A program made the translations under genes and the position numbers. Shown piece after piece: positions 36,620 through 50,575 of a DNA stretch of 64,000 bases. The notes below the pieces were generated by a model. It did no database searches, had not been told where the DNA came from, and was given only the letters and a program-made list of their open reading frames with translations. Origin of the DNA: Lama guanicoe (taxonomy: Eukaryota); assembly GCA_013239625.1 (NCBI GenBank), contig MU053561.1, positions 3,550,283 to 3,614,282 on the forward strand, in the 5' to 3' direction. How positions within the stretch are numbered: the stretch's first letter is position 1; every line of letters starts with the position of its first letter.

Positions 36620-39080
36620 ACACTAACTAAGATATAAGCATAAATATTGCTTATAATTGTAAGATACTGGAAACAACCTAAATGCTCATACTTCGGAGAG
36701 TACAGGACATTACACAACAGAGTACTGAGCAGTTATAAACAAGAATGCTGAAGATTTCTATGAACTGTTGTAGGGTGATTTCCAGGATAGATGATGAAAC
36801 CAAAAAGAAAGTGCAAAAAAAAGTACATATAGTATGCTCTTTTATGTAAGAAATAGGGAGAATAAGAAAATAGGCATCTATCTGCTCATTTGTGCCAAAA
36901 AAGAGAGAGAAAGTATCTATGAGAAATTACTGGGACTGGTTACTTACAGAACGTGGCAGGCACTGGCACAGGCAGAGTAATGGAATGGGGATGAAGCAGA
37001 AAGGGTGAAGGATGAGTGACTTTCCTGAGTACACATTTTTGTCTAGTTCAGACTTTCAAAACTGTCTTTTCAATCTACTAACAATTAAATAAAAATTAAA
37101 AATCAACTGAAATGTGAGGGAAACCCAAATGGAACCCAAACACCAACGTATTAACCTAACTGAATTATAAATGAATAACATAATCACAGAGGGGTTTGGG
37201 GAAACACTAAGTGAATTTGGAAAACACTTTGATTAAATAGTGAATCATAGGACATAGATATTAAGAGATGTATCTCAAGGAATTGGCTTCTGTGATTGTG
37301 GGAGCTGGCTAGGCAAGCCTGAAATCTGCAAAGCAGACCTTCAGGAAGGGCAGGCTGGAATTCTCAGACAAAAGCTGAAGCTGCTGTCGCAGGTAGAATT
37401 TTACCTTCTTCTAGAAGCCTCAGTTCTGCTCTTAAGGCCTCTCAAATCACTGAAACAGGACCACTGAGACTGTCTATGAGACTTCTTGTTTATATTCAAT
37501 TGATTTTGAACTTTAATTACATTTACAAAATATCTTAACAGAGTTAATCATTTGAATAATTGAGGACTATAGCTTAGCCAAATTGATTCATAAAACTGAC
37601 CATCACAGATCCTGTAAGATTAAAGACAGAACTCTTCACAAACACGTTAGTCAGTATTTACTTTTTACAGGAGTATTTTTAGAAGTTCTGAAACCATTTA
37701 ATGTGTACTCTAGGATTTTGCAAATAAGTGTATAGTACATAATACAATCCAGGTTTCTCACTATCAGATAAGAAGTTACAAATAAGGAAAGGAGGAAGGA
37801 TGAAATAAACTCTGAAGGATGAAATAAACCCTGTACGTTGGGCTGGAATAGGAGGTATCAGTTTTTAACATACAGAGATTCATAAATAGATAGAGAAGTA
37901 GATACAAACGTGCATGAGTTTATGTGTGTACATACTTACATTTTCTAGCTCAGCACCAAGAGGGCCAAGTAACAATGACAGCCCATTAGTAATGGGCACA
38001 CCTAGGGCCCAGATCTTGATTTCTAAATCCCATCCTTCAAAACAGGAGGCTGGGATCCTTGGAGAAATGATTGATGCCAGTGCTAACGTTCAAGATGAGC
38101 TTGAAAGATCTTGTAGTTGAAGAAAGTAAGGAAATGTTCAAAAAGTGATAAAGACACGTTGAAAGGACACAGGCAGCAACCAACTGGAAGCAGACTCCAG
38201 TAACCAAATCTGGAAAATGTAAGCAGCCAAATCAATCATGATGGGATGAATTATAACCCATCAAATAAAATAAATATCTATAAATCCATACTGATGTAAA
38301 TATATAATTAAATATGTAAATGAAGAGAAAGGAAGCCCTTTATTATAGCAGAATTAATTAATAAATGTACAAGGAATTATGAAATAGAAAGTCACTGTTA
38401 GACAAACAGTAATGATTGTTGCAGGCAAGAGTCACAAAAGTATACAAAAAAATAGAGGAAAAAAGTTTGAGGAGAAACAGGATATTTGCATAGTCTCACA
38501 ATATCTCTCTACAAGATACTTACTAATCACAGTGGTAAAAGTAGTGCCTTTACAATGGAGAGAACTGGCAGATAGCACATAACCAAGTGGCCAAGTTTAC
38601 ACTGGTAATATGATAGTCATCATGGGATGCCTGATATGACACACTAAGAAGGGCCTAGGGTTCTTGTGGTATTCTTGCCAAAAATCTATAACCTGAGTTT
38701 AATCATTGGGAAAGAGCAGACAAATCGAGGGTCAGTGAACAAAATATTCTTCCAAGGTGTCAAGATCATGAATAGAGAAAGAGTGAGGAATTGTTGCAAA
38801 TTGGAGAGACTAAAGTGACGTGACAACACATGCAATGTGTGATCCTAGACCATATCACATGCTCCTCCCCAACTGCCCCCCGAAAGGGGGACACTCACAA
38901 CATACCAATAAGGAGTGGCTTGGTTAGTAGTATTGTGTTAATGTTACATTCCTGGATTTGATCATTGTGGTTATGGAAGATGTAAACATAGAGTGGTGCT
39001 GTGTGAAGGGTACAAAGACTCTTTGTGCTATTTTATATGTTTGTTAAGTCTGAAACTATTTCACAATGATGTTAAAAAAA
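36620..39080 (+). mobile_element. Old L1MC-type 3' region, interrupted by an MLT2 LTR
   Basis: L1MC 3' UTR landmarks ('ctggaaacaacctaaatgctc', 'cccagatcttgatttctaaat', 'ggtattcttgccaaaaatctataacctgag', 'caatgtgtgatcctagac'). Confidence 0.75.
37250..37607. mobile_element. ERVL LTR (MLT2-type)
   Basis: 'aaggaattggcttctgtgattgtgggagctgg...ctcttaaggcct...tatagcttagccaaattgattcataaaactgaccatcaca'. Confidence 0.85.
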
Positions 39081-39119
39081 TTTGAAACAGACATAAGTGA
39101 TGATGAATGCGTAATAATT

Positions 39120-40510
39120 CATTATCCACCATCATCTCTTACTTGGGGTTTTGCAGTAACTGTTACCTGATCTCCTCACATCTATTTGCCACACAGTAGT
39201 TGAAGCGATCTTGGAAAAGAAACCAGATCGTGTCACTCCCATGCTTATATTCTTTCAGGGACTTCCAACTTAATTCAGAGTGAAATCCAAACACCCAATA
39301 GTGCATGCCCTGGCCTCGGGGACCGGCACTGGCTGACCCTGATGCCCTGTCACCAAACTCTGGTACCTCTCTTTCCCTCACACACTGTGCTCTAGCCAGA
39401 TCAGTTATCTTTCAGTTTCTGGTAAGTACTAGGTTCTAGTACTACTCTTGCTGGGATTACTCTTTCTTTTTTAATTTTTTTTATTGAAATGTAGTTGATT
39501 TACAATGTTATGTTAGTTTCTGGTGTATAGCATAGTGATTCAGTTATATATATAACATACTCTCTTTAATATTCTTTTTCATTATAGATTAGTATAAGAT
39601 AATTGAATGTAGTTTCCTGAGCTACAAATTAGGACCTTGTTGCTTATCTATTTTGTATACAGTAGTTTGTATCTAATAATCCCAAACTCATAATTTATCC
39701 CTACCCCTCTTTCCCCTTTGGTAACCAAAAGTTTGTTTTCTATGTCTGTGAATCTCTTCCTGTTTTGTAAACAAGTTCATTTGTGTCATTTTTTTTAGAT
39801 TCCACAAATAAGTGATAGCATATGATATTTGTCTTTTTCTGTCTGACTTACTTTACTTAGTATGATAATCTCTAGGTTCATCCAAGTTGTTGCAAAGGCA
39901 TTATTTCATTTTTAATGGTTGAGTAGTATTCCATTGTATAAATATACCACAACTTCTTTATCCAGTCATCTGTCAATGGACATTTAGGTTGCTTCCATGT
40001 CTTGGCTATTGTAAATAGTGCTGGTATGGACATTGGGGTGCATGTACCTTGTCAAATTAGAGTTTCGGGAGTGGGACTGCTGGATCAGATGGTAACTATT
40101 TTCAGTTTTTTAAGGAATCTCTCTACTGTTTTTCATAATGGCTGCACCAAACCACATTCCCACCCACAGTGGAGGCTTGCCTTTTCTCCACACCCTCTTT
40201 GCTCATCAGGACTCATTATATGTATCACTTCCAGAAAGAGGCTTTCCATGGCCACTCAAACTTAATTAACTCCGTCACCATACACACACCAAGAAAAGGC
40301 TGATATCCTCTATGTCATTATTCCATTTGCTTCCTTCATTTATTTTTGCTCAATTTGTAATTTTGGCTTGTTGGTTGGTTTATGGTCTGTTTCTGCCTCT
40401 AAAATTATAAGCTTCAGGATGGCAGAGACTCTTTTCTTCTTTGCCCCCAGTTCCTAGCTCAGAGCCTGGCAGGTAGTAAATAGTCAATAAATATTTTTTT
40501 AATAAATAAA
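39120..40510 (+). mobile_element. L2 3' region split by an antisense L1
   Basis: L2 motifs at 39120-39460 and 40210-40510 ('cccagttcctagctcagagcctggcaggtagtaaatagtcaataaatatt'). Confidence 0.7.
39463..40200 (-). mobile_element. L1 3' end
   Basis: 'tttttattgaaatgtagttgatttacaatgtt...ggtgtatagcatagtgattcag...gagtagtattccattgt'. Confidence 0.9.
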
Positions 40511-41305
40511 TAAAATCAGGCAATATCAACCAACCAGAATACAATCCCAATTCTGGGAGAAGACACAAAGGTCTCTGAGCAGGAGGTATCAGTCACAAAG
40601 TCTAAGTGGGAGACCTCACTAGGGAGGCAGAATGGCCTTCATGACCTCACCTAAACAGTGATATGAAGAATGAAGCAGCTGGTTAGAAGGTGCAGGCACA
40701 CCAGGCACGGAGAAGTAACAGGTGGAGTAAAGGCAAGAGGCAGAGACATCGAAGAGAGCAAGCACAAGGTGGACCAAGAGGCATCAAGCAGGGCTGTTAG
40801 GGACTCGCTAGTAATGCACACGGAGGCTGACACTGGTCTCTCTCAAGAGTCCCTTGAGCATCAGCGTATTCTCACATGAGTAACCACTGTCTGTAGTGAC
40901 ACCTGCGTCACCACATTCACTTCTTTGTTACTTATATGCCACCTCCTTTGATAACAGATAGGAGGCCTCCTTACTCATTAAAAAATTAAGTCATATTTCA
41001 TGTGGTCCATTAAGCAAACAATTTCCATCAGAAGCTTTGATCAAAATTGGTAAAATAAAAACTTGGCCAATTTCCACTATGAAATTTTAAAATATAAAAT
41101 TGTCTCTTGAAGGACAGGACCAATTTCTGTCATTCTGGAAAATGAGCTTCCATGGAATCTCTTCTTTCCCGTGGTAGTACCAGTGTTACAAGGCACCCTG
41201 GCTCCAGGTCAGAGAAGATTGGAGGGGAGGGGAGCCCGGGGCATTGGGGGAAGGGAGGTAAGGCATCTAGGGAAAGCAGGTTAAAAGGAAAACTAAACGT
41301 ATTGA

Positions 41306-41590
41306 CAAAACAGAAATAGACTGACAGACACAGAAACAAACTTATAGTTACCATAGGGGAAAGAGTGGGGAGGGATAAGTCAGGAATTTGGGATTAACAG
41401 ATATACATTACTATATATAAAATAAACAACAAGGACCTACTGTATAGCACAGGGAACTATATTCAATATCTTGTAAAAACCTATAACGGAAAAGAATCTG
41501 AAAAAAGGATATATAAATATGTAATATACACATATATAACTAAATCACTTTGCTATACACCTAAAACATTGTAAATCAACTATAATGAAA
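41306..41590 (+). mobile_element. L1 3' end
   Basis: 'aacaaacttatagttacc...aacaaggacctactgtatagcacagggaactatattcaatatc', flanked by the aaa(c/a)gtattga repeat. Confidence 0.88.
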
Positions 41591-41701
41591 AAAAGTATTG
41601 AGCACTTGATGCTCAATAAATATTTATTTGATAAATGAATAAATATTTTTCAAAGAAGAAATAAAGGAAACAGTAGGGGCAAATAACCTAACTAACATTA
41701 C

Positions 41702-41892
41702 AAAGAAAGAAAGAGAGAAAGAAAGAAGGAAGGTAGGAAGGAAGGAAGGAAAGAAAGAAAGAAAGGAAGAAAGGAAGAAAAAAAGGAAAAAAGAAAGAAA
41801 GAAGGAAAGAAAGGAAGGAAGAAAGAAAGAAAAGAAAAGAAAAGAGAAAAGAAAAGAAAAAAAAAGAGAAAAGAAAAGAAAAAAAAAGAAAA
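41702..41892. repeat. Compound purine-only (GAAA/GGAA/GAAAA)n tract
   Basis: About 190 nt of only A and G on the + strand. Confidence 0.95.
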
Positions 41893-42759
41893 ATGTAGTG
41901 TGGATGTTGAGAAGGACAGGGATTGAAGCCAGGACAGCTCTTACTGCCTGTCTCAGCCCTGGAAAGAAAGCCTGTGAGGCCCCTGGGGCTGCCGTTGGAG
42001 CCTCTGCTCTGGGGGCACAGACCCACCCCAGCCCACAGACTTCACTTCCTACCTTGATCGGGCCTCCTCACTCCCCTCAGGGGCCTCAGATGCCTCCTCA
42101 CTAAGGCAGCTCTTCGCCCAGCCGAGGCCCCGGGGCCCTCAGCCCTGTCACCCTTGCCCTCTGCTCTAGCTCCAAGCCTTCTCTGCGTTCCAGCCTTCCC
42201 CACTCTCAGCCCAAGCTGCTCTGTGCTTCTTCTTCTCCAATCTGACCTCCCACCCCTAGACCTCTTCACAGTCTTCAGAAACTCCTGCTCCATGGTAGGC
42301 ATATTCAAGTCACATTAACACCTCTCTTGGCCTTCCGCAAAGCCTAAGGACATAGGGTCCCCTGGGGCCCCCTCTCAGGATGGTAGCTCATTCTCGGCAC
42401 CCTCTAAACCTTCAAGTCATCCTCATTTGCCAAGGCTGCTTCTGCACCACCCTCTTCTACCCTCAGCTAAGTATCTCTACTCTGTTGACTCTGATGTCAC
42501 TGTGCTCTGTCATCATCCACGTGGCTCCTCTCCATCACTTGGCAACCTTTTACCATTTCCCCAAATGCACCAAAACTGATCAGCCTCACAGTCTTCTTGT
42601 TCATCCCCTGGTGACTTCAGTTTCCACATGGACAGCCAGGCCAGCTCCCAGCCTGACTCTTCCCTGACTTTCTCAAGGTCACCACCGGTCTTCCCTGGCC
42701 ACTTTCCCCATGGATCCCAGAGTCCTCCTCCGAGGAGTTCTGCTCTCTGGCCGCAGTGC

Positions 42760-44260
42760 ACCCCTTCCCATGTTACTGCTAAACTTTCTCTTTAACCCAG
42801 AGCAACTTCCATGATGAGGCTGCTCTGGTTTCTCTCAGTCTTCTGGTTACCCTTGTCCCTTTCTTCTTTTCAACCTGGACCCAGGAGAATGTGGGTCCGG
42901 CTTCTACCACTGAAAATGATGTGGCTAAGATGACCAGTGCCCTTGACATGGCCAGATCCAAGGACATTTTTCATTCATTCTTTCATCCTCCTCTTGACCC
43001 TTTGGCTTCAGGATCTCACCCTGTCCCACTCGTTTTTTGCACCTGTTAGAACAGTTCTGTGCTGCTCTCTGTGGACTTCCTCCTGCCCTGGTTGTAAATG
43101 TTGCTGGTCCTTCAGGGACGGCCCTTGGCTCCTGGCAGGATAGTGAGACATTCACAGGAACAGGGCTTGTGTCCTTAGGTGTCCAACTCCCTGATCGCAG
43201 GCTTATCGTGTGTGAAGTACAGTGAGCACTCCTTTCCTTGCTCCTTGGGTTCACCTTCACCAGCTCCCCAAATACTGATATTCCTCAGGGCCCAGTACTT
43301 GCCCCCGGGGTCTTAAGCCAGGCACACTTTTCTCTGTGTCATGTCATTCACATCTCGTGGGTTCAGCTATCACATATAAACTGAGGATTATTTCCAGCCC
43401 AAGCTGCTCCCTGGCATCCAGGTTTTGTGGTCCACCTGCCCGGTGGGAACTTCCATCTGGATGTCCCATCAGTCCTCAAACTCATTATGCCCACATCCAA
43501 GCTAGTTACCTACCTATAAAACTTTTCTTCTTTTGATTGTTTCCAACTTGTTTCAAGGCAGAGATTTTAGCTCCATGTGTGGTTTCACATCCAACTAGTC
43601 AAAGCGCTGCTGTCACCATTGACATATTCTTTGTACATATCCTCTCTTGTCAAGCCTAACCCAATCCTCCAACACCTCTCAGCTAGATCCCGACAGCAGT
43701 CTCCCAGCAGGTCTGCTCCCTCCAGCCTGCCCTGCACTGTGCCGCCAACACAAATGTAATGCCATTCAGACTTTGCCCCCTGTTTAATCTCTTCTAAGCT
43801 ATTTAACATGTTGTTTAAGACCCTCAAGGAGCAGGTCCCTGCTTAACTATCTAGACTAATCTCCCTCTACCACCTGCCTTGTCCTTTTCAATGGAGCAGC
43901 ATTTGTTTTCCCTCTGCTTAGAACAACTCCCTTATTCCCTCATTACCTAAGAAACTTCTACTCAACCTTTAAGACTGAGCTTTGTTGTTCCTTTCTCTAA
44001 GAAGCTGTCTCTGCTGTTCATCCCTTTTCCCCTTTCCCCAGAACTGGATTAGTTATCTCTCCTCTGATCTCCCATAATGTATTGTGCAAACTCTATCTTG
44101 GCACTTGGTGCATGGATATGTAAATATCCCTTTTATGTGTCTGTCTCTCTCATAAGACTAAGTTCCTCACGGGCAGGAATTATATCTTATTCTTCTTGAA
44201 CTCTGATGCCTTGAATACTATTTGCTTCATGTTATCACTAAGTAACTATTTGTTTTTGAA
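42760..44260 (+). mobile_element. L2 LINE remnant (RT region to 3' end)
   Basis: Pyrimidine-rich L2 landmarks: 'tgctaagatgacc...gccagatccaaggacatttt', 'attcctcagggcccagtacttgccc', 'catctggatgtcccatc...caaactc', 'gactaagttcctcacgggcagg'. Confidence 0.75.
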
Positions 44261-45649
44261 GCTAAATGAGACAAGGAAGGATAAATTTATGCATTAGAGG
44301 GGGGTGATATGGAGGGAGAAGTAGCCATGGTGGTCTACATCCTACTTTGGCATCTGTGGTTCTGTGGCTTCTGCTGAATTAGCTAGAAGGCAGAAATAAC
44401 AATCACAGTTAGGGCCAATGATTGTACTTCTGCCTGAAAAGTTCCTCAGCCCTCCCCCCACTCTCAGGCCACTGGTGTGGTCATTACCCTGATGACCACG
44501 TACTCACCCAGACCCTACCCATCCTCCACTTTGCTGGGTCATTCTCTTTGATGGAAAAGGCCACTTTTGTCTCTGACTACTGCAATGTTTCCCAATGTTA
44601 AGGCTCAGCCCAAGAGGAACACCTCCGGGTACCTCTTTCCAAAGCTCCTTCAATTTGTATTCAACTTCCTTTCTCAAAAATGAATGTTATCATCAGCATG
44701 ATACAATTTAGTTAATATATAGTGTCTTAGGTTTCTATTTTGTTTTTGTTTCTTAGATAGCTGTCATAATGGACCCAATCCATTTGGTGAAAGATAAGTT
44801 AGGGACCCTGTGTTCACTCATTCAGCAAGTAAAAAAAAAAAAATGCCTAAGTACAAAATATCAGGTCTATACCAGGCGTTGACAGGAGCAAATAATGACT
44901 GAGATACAAGTTCTGTTCTCAAGGAACTCAGAGTCCAGTGCAGTGTCTTTTAAGTAGGGGGAGTATGCAAGCCAGAGAGAAAAACAAGAAGATCTGTTGA
45001 AATCTAGGAAGAAAATATTATAATTTCTAATATTTCTAATTTCTTTAATATTCTAACCATCTTTTTATCTGAAAAAGGAAATTAAGCTTTACTCATATTT
45101 AATATGAGGATTGATCCTGGTTCCCTCAGTTGGTGTTTCTGCCGTGTAATCATGTGTCATGTACATTTTAAGAGGATCCTCAGGGAAGAGTGAGGGTTCT
45201 CAAACTTACGGGGGTTGACAGTGGACACCTCTGTCATTTAATCACTCTCAGTGTACTGTGATACTGCAGTCTGATGTGCTTGGTTAAGAGGATCTGCAAT
45301 TATATTATCTAGCTTTAAGAAAATTAACCCTCACAAAGAGACAAGCGGCTTAAAAATAATTCATTTAAAGATACCATAAATTAAACGGAATACTAATAAT
45401 GCAAGCACAAAAAAACAGTAGCTGTCACTCTCTCCACTGCTAAAATGAGCCCTTCATCAGCCACATTTTAATAAAAAACCATGTTGATCTAAACAGATCC
45501 AATAAGAACATATCCAACAATTCTAAATCATCAAGAATGTTCATTAATTAACAATGAAATTCAACCTAAGTGTATCTTTTACCTTGAGATATAGCTAATG
45601 ATAGTCCAATGCCATCATAATAACAAAAAATTACTTAAATTATCAAATT

Positions 45650-48600
45650 AAATTTTAAAAATCAAGCAGGGAGTTTCATTTCTGCTTAAGATGTAGAAAG
45701 GTGCAGAAAGTATTGTTCCCATCCTAACAATGAGAACAATCCAGATAAAAAACAAAATCCTAGCTTTCATGGAACCTATCAGAGAGCCGAGGTCATAAGG
45801 CAATAGAACAACTTGAATCCCAATGAGAGACAAGCCCTCTTAGGAAGAGACAGGAGACAAACTCCCTCACCAGTGGCAGAGCACGTGAGAATGAGGCACA
45901 GTCTACCACACAAGTCGGGAAGAAGAAATAGCCACAGTTGTAAGGAACTGCCAAAGGCCAAGTGTGGGCTGCTGTGTCAGTCTGGAATAGTCAGGGCCCC
46001 AACCAAGGGAGGTTCGTACTGTTCACAAGCTCTTATTTTTGGATCTCTACTGAGTGCTCATGAAAAAGACTAGAGGTAGAGCATGTATAGAGGAGGTAAC
46101 TGACAGAGGAGGGGTCAGGTACAAAATGCCACGCATTTCCCAGGCTCTTCTTGCATGTGCAGCAAAAGCTTTAAGTCTCTGGGAGTGAGGGTGGGGGGTG
46201 ACGGCAGCAAAGATTGCTGCCCAGGGCACAGAGAAAAATGCATTGTGGGAAGAAGTAAGGGCATAAGAAAATACTTTCTCTGGGGGAGAAGCACAAAACC
46301 ATCTTAGACCTAAGATCCTAAACTAGTATCAAGCAGAAGTTTCCTACCACTGGGAGAGGGGAAGCAAACTCCAGCCCAAGATCAACCACAAACACAAGGC
46401 AGAACTTGGCTGCCATAAGGAGGGGGAGCAGGAAGGCAGAGAGGGACTCGCACCTGAGGCTCAAGTATATAGGTCACTCCCTTAAGACTTAGACTGGGAC
46501 AGTACAACAGGGAAATACTTTTATCCCCAACAGAAGTAATGAGGCACCAACTGCCTAAAGCTGGGGATGGGACAAGCACATGGTGAGAGATTGTCTCTGT
46601 GATGCAGGCATGCAGGAAAGCTAAATGCTGATGGTGGAGCAATAATCCGGAGAAAAGCCTCTGGCATAACAGTTCTCACCCTAAGCACAAGGCAAAGACA
46701 GCCCACCACTAGAAAAATTTGAAGTCCATGGAGTATGGATGTAAAACCCAAACCCAGCTCAACTCCTGACTAGGCTGACTCTCCTGACTCAATCCTCCAT
46801 AGTGATGGCCTAACAGAAGAAGAGGCATACTCATTTCCTGGCATTAATAATATTTATTTTATTCCCTCCTGTGCTATGTAAAATGTCTGGTATTTACTCA
46901 AAAATTATATCACACACACACTCACATACCCTGCAGTCAAGAGACAATGCAATCAACAGGAGAAAACCCAGGTGATACCCAGATGTTGGAACTAGCAGAC
47001 AGCCACTTTACAGTAAGTATGATTAATTTGTAAAAGGACATAGTGGAAAAGGTAAACAACATGCAAAAACAGATGCAGAATTTCAGGAATGATGAAACTG
47101 GTAGAAATGAAAAACCCAGTATTGGAGAATGCCTTCAATGTACTCCTCAGTAGACACAACCCAACTACGATAATCAATTAACCAGAAAATTTGTCAGTAG
47201 AAATCATCCAAACAAAAATCCAAAGAGAAATAAGAATAAAACAATGATAATAACAACAAGAGAGCAGAGCAGTCCAGAGGTCTAGAATATTTTTAAACAT
47301 TGTAACTTGTCATTGGAGAAGAATAAGAGAAAGATAATGGGGCAGAGAAGTTATTTGAAAAAATAATGGCCAAAAATTTTCCAAAAATACTGAACGATGG
47401 TAAATCACAGATTCAAGGAGCCCAGACAACCCCAAAGAGTATATATGCCAAAGAAACAAACAGAAACACCTTACACATACCTAGATATATCAGAGTCAAC
47501 CTGCTGAAAACCTAAGATCAAGAGAAAATTTCAGTGGCAGCTGGGAGAGAAGAAGGAGGAACACATCATATCCAGAAGAACAAAGATAAGAATTAGGGTA
47601 GACTTCTTAGCAAAAACTATGCAGTCAGAAAGAACTGAAGTACATCTTTGAAGTACTGAAAAAAAAATTAAAAAACAACTACCAACTTAGAATTCTATAC
47701 CTAGAGCAAATATATCAAAAATGAAAACAAAATAGAGACATTTTCAGAAAAAAAGTAGGTGAGAAAATTCAGTGCCAACTGAACTGCTCTGTAATCAACA
47801 GCAAAGGGTGTTCCTCAGGCAGAAGAAATATGTTACCAGATAGAAACTTGTATCTACACAATTATGTAAAAAGTTCTAGAAATGATAAAAAGAGTTACTC
47901 TGTAGTAAAAAGGAACAGACTTTGATACGTGTAGCAACATGGATGAAGCTCAAAATAATGACTCTGACTGAAAGAAAGCAGACAAAACAAGTACATGGTC
48001 AATGACTCCATTTACATAAAATTCTAAAAACACAAAATAATCTCTAGTCACAGATAACAGACCAATAGTTCCCTGTGGGGTGAGGAGAAGGGAGGAAGAG
48101 AGGGGATGGGTTACAGAGTACGATGGATAAGTTCATGGTCTTGACTGTGGTGATGATTTCAGGGTTGTACTCATTACGCTATATAGTTTAAATGCATGCA
48201 ATTTACTAAATATCAATATACCTCAATAAAGCTGAAAGGGGCGTAAATGCAAAATAAAATTACAGTGAGATACCACTAGACACCTGTTACAATGGATTAA
48301 ATTAAGTTTTTAAAAATTACAATAATAAATACTAATGCAGATGTGGAACTATTGCCGTGTTGCTGGTGAAAATGCAAAATGGTACAACTGCTTTGTGGAA
48401 CTGTTTGGCATTTTCTCATAAAGTTAAACAAACACTCACTGCACAAGCCAATGATCTCACCTATTGCTATATACCCAGGAGAACTGTATACATATGCCTT
48501 CATAATTACCTATGTGTGTGCAGTTATCCTGGATTTATTAGTCGTATTCTTAGCATCCAACTGGAAACAACTCAAACGTCTATTAACTTGTGAATGAATA

Positions 48601-48960
48601 CACAAATGGTATTACATCCATACAGTGGACTACTACACAGCAATAAAAAGGAAGAAACAACTATACACACAAGAATATGGATGAATCTCAAAAGCTCTAT
48701 GTTAAGCAGAAGAAGCCAGACTCTAAAGTTTACATACTGTATATTTCCATTTTTATGAATTCTGGAAAAGGCAAAACTAGAGGAACAGAAATCAGATTAG
48801 TGGTTGTTTTAGGCTAGGTTTGGATAAGGGGTTGGCTACTAAAGGGTTCAGGGAACTTTTTAGAGTGATGCAAATGCTCTATATTTTTATTGTAATGGTT
48901 ACACGAATGTATACATTTGTCAAACTCAAAAAACTGAACATCTCTGAAGAGTGAATTATA
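45650..48960 (+). mobile_element. Old L1 pieces (5' UTR/ORF1 region and two 3' ends) nested in the Charlie4-like element
   Basis: ORF1-type landmarks ('atttgaaaaaataatggccaaaaattttccaaaa', 'ccaacttagaattctatacc') followed by two L1 3' UTR blocks (~47900-48235, ~48250-48960). Confidence 0.75.
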
Positions 48961-50371
48961 CTCTGACTATACTTAAATGAGTGATTTTTAAAAGTAAGCA
49001 TCCAAAACCTGAATGCAAAGCTTTTAAGTTTTTAGTGATGTTTAAAATCATGCCATACTTAAGGTCAAGTACTTTTAAATATTTTACTAAGTATAATGAT
49101 AAATGTTTAGAAGCCTCTTTGAGGTTTCTTATTCTATAGTGAAAGACAAACACTCTTCAGGAAATGACTGAAATAGTATGCATAAACCAGTAAGGTGACG
49201 ATCTAAAACGCATCCCCATGTCAGCGAATTCCATTGATTGACACTCGAGAAACGTTGCTGAAGATGTGAAGAAACAAGTATTAGACCAATTTATGTAGTG
49301 TTGGAAGTTTGCTATCCAGTTGGATGAAAGAACAGCAGCATTTCTAATGTGTTTCAGCTCATGGTACTTTACAGATTCTGTTTCAATAATGAAATACATG
49401 AGAAACTTCTCTTTTTAAGAGAGCATTAAGGGTGAAATGTGTGGGAGAAGATATACTCACGACTGAAATGATCTTTAATAAAAAATGATTTATGGGGAAA
49501 TTGTGGAGGTGTAATCATTGAGGAAATGGTTGATTTAACTCAAAGAAATAGAGTCTGGGGTCAAAGATACTATCACAAACACAATTGATTCACTAAATAA
49601 TTCCTATGCAAGAATTTTCCATAAGAAAGTTGGAATAGAAGGATATAGGGTATAGCCACGTAGTTCTGGAAATAAGCATCCTTTAAACTATAGTTGAATC
49701 TTTGCAATTTATGACACTGGAAGAGATCATACATCCTGCTGTACCACAGTGAGATACTCTGGCTAGCAGATGGCGAAATAGTCAAAGAATTATTCAATTT
49801 TAAGATTAGTGTTCCAAATTTATTTTTCTTTGGTGACAAGCGGCTGTCAATAGCATGATACTAACAGATTAAAAATAAATATACACACGTTCAATATGTC
49901 TCCTTAAGTAAAATATGTATTTTTAAAGGAGTTAAATGGTAACTTTTCAAAAAGAAATTTGTGCTATGAAGAAGGCATTTTTGAAAAGAAATATTTGGAC
50001 ATTTTTCTACTGTTATGTGATTTTTCTTGCTGCTAAAAGTAATGCAAATATTTGAGGTATTAAAATCTCTTATATCTGAACACGTGAACCACTTGGATAT
50101 AGAAATTTCCAAACTATTAAAAAATTTCCAAGTAAAGAGTTTCAGGACTTTGAACCATTTGTTAAAAAGAATAATTCACATTAGAAAGAAATTTGCTAAT
50201 CAAATTTCAACAAAACTTTGACATATTTGCACGATAAGATAGAAAAATGAGAATTACAGTTTAGTTAGCACAATTGACGATGAGCTTCTATTTGGACCTT
50301 TGAATTTTTGTGTTACATCTTCTTCTGCCATATTAGCCATAAAAACCAGATTCTAAATAAATTGAGCTTAA

Positions 50372-50575
50372 AATCAGACTATCCAGATACAAACTACTAT
50401 GTACGGAATAGATAAACAACAAAGTCCTACTGTATAGCACAGGGGACTATATTCAATGGCTTACAGTAGCCTGTAATGAAAAATCATGTGTGTGTATATA
50501 TCTGACTCATTATGCTGTGCACTAGAAACTAATACAACATTGTAAATCAACTATACTTCAATTTTAAAAAATGGG
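50372..50575 (+). mobile_element. L1 3' end
   Basis: 'cagatacaaactactatgt...ataaacaacaaagtcctactgtatagcacaggg...tgtaaatcaactatacttcaat'. Confidence 0.88.

Noticed and set aside
37795..37832. 19-bp tandem duplication gaaggatgaaataaac(t/c)ct
   Set aside because: Simple local slippage inside an old L1; only two units.
41688..42026. Phe/Leu/Ser-rich 112-aa ORF
   Set aside because: Translation of the (TTTC)n microsatellite.
48985..50350. Possible domesticated hAT transposase gene (ZBED-like)
   Set aside because: Multiple in-frame stops, frameshifts and nested L1 insertions show it is a fossil.
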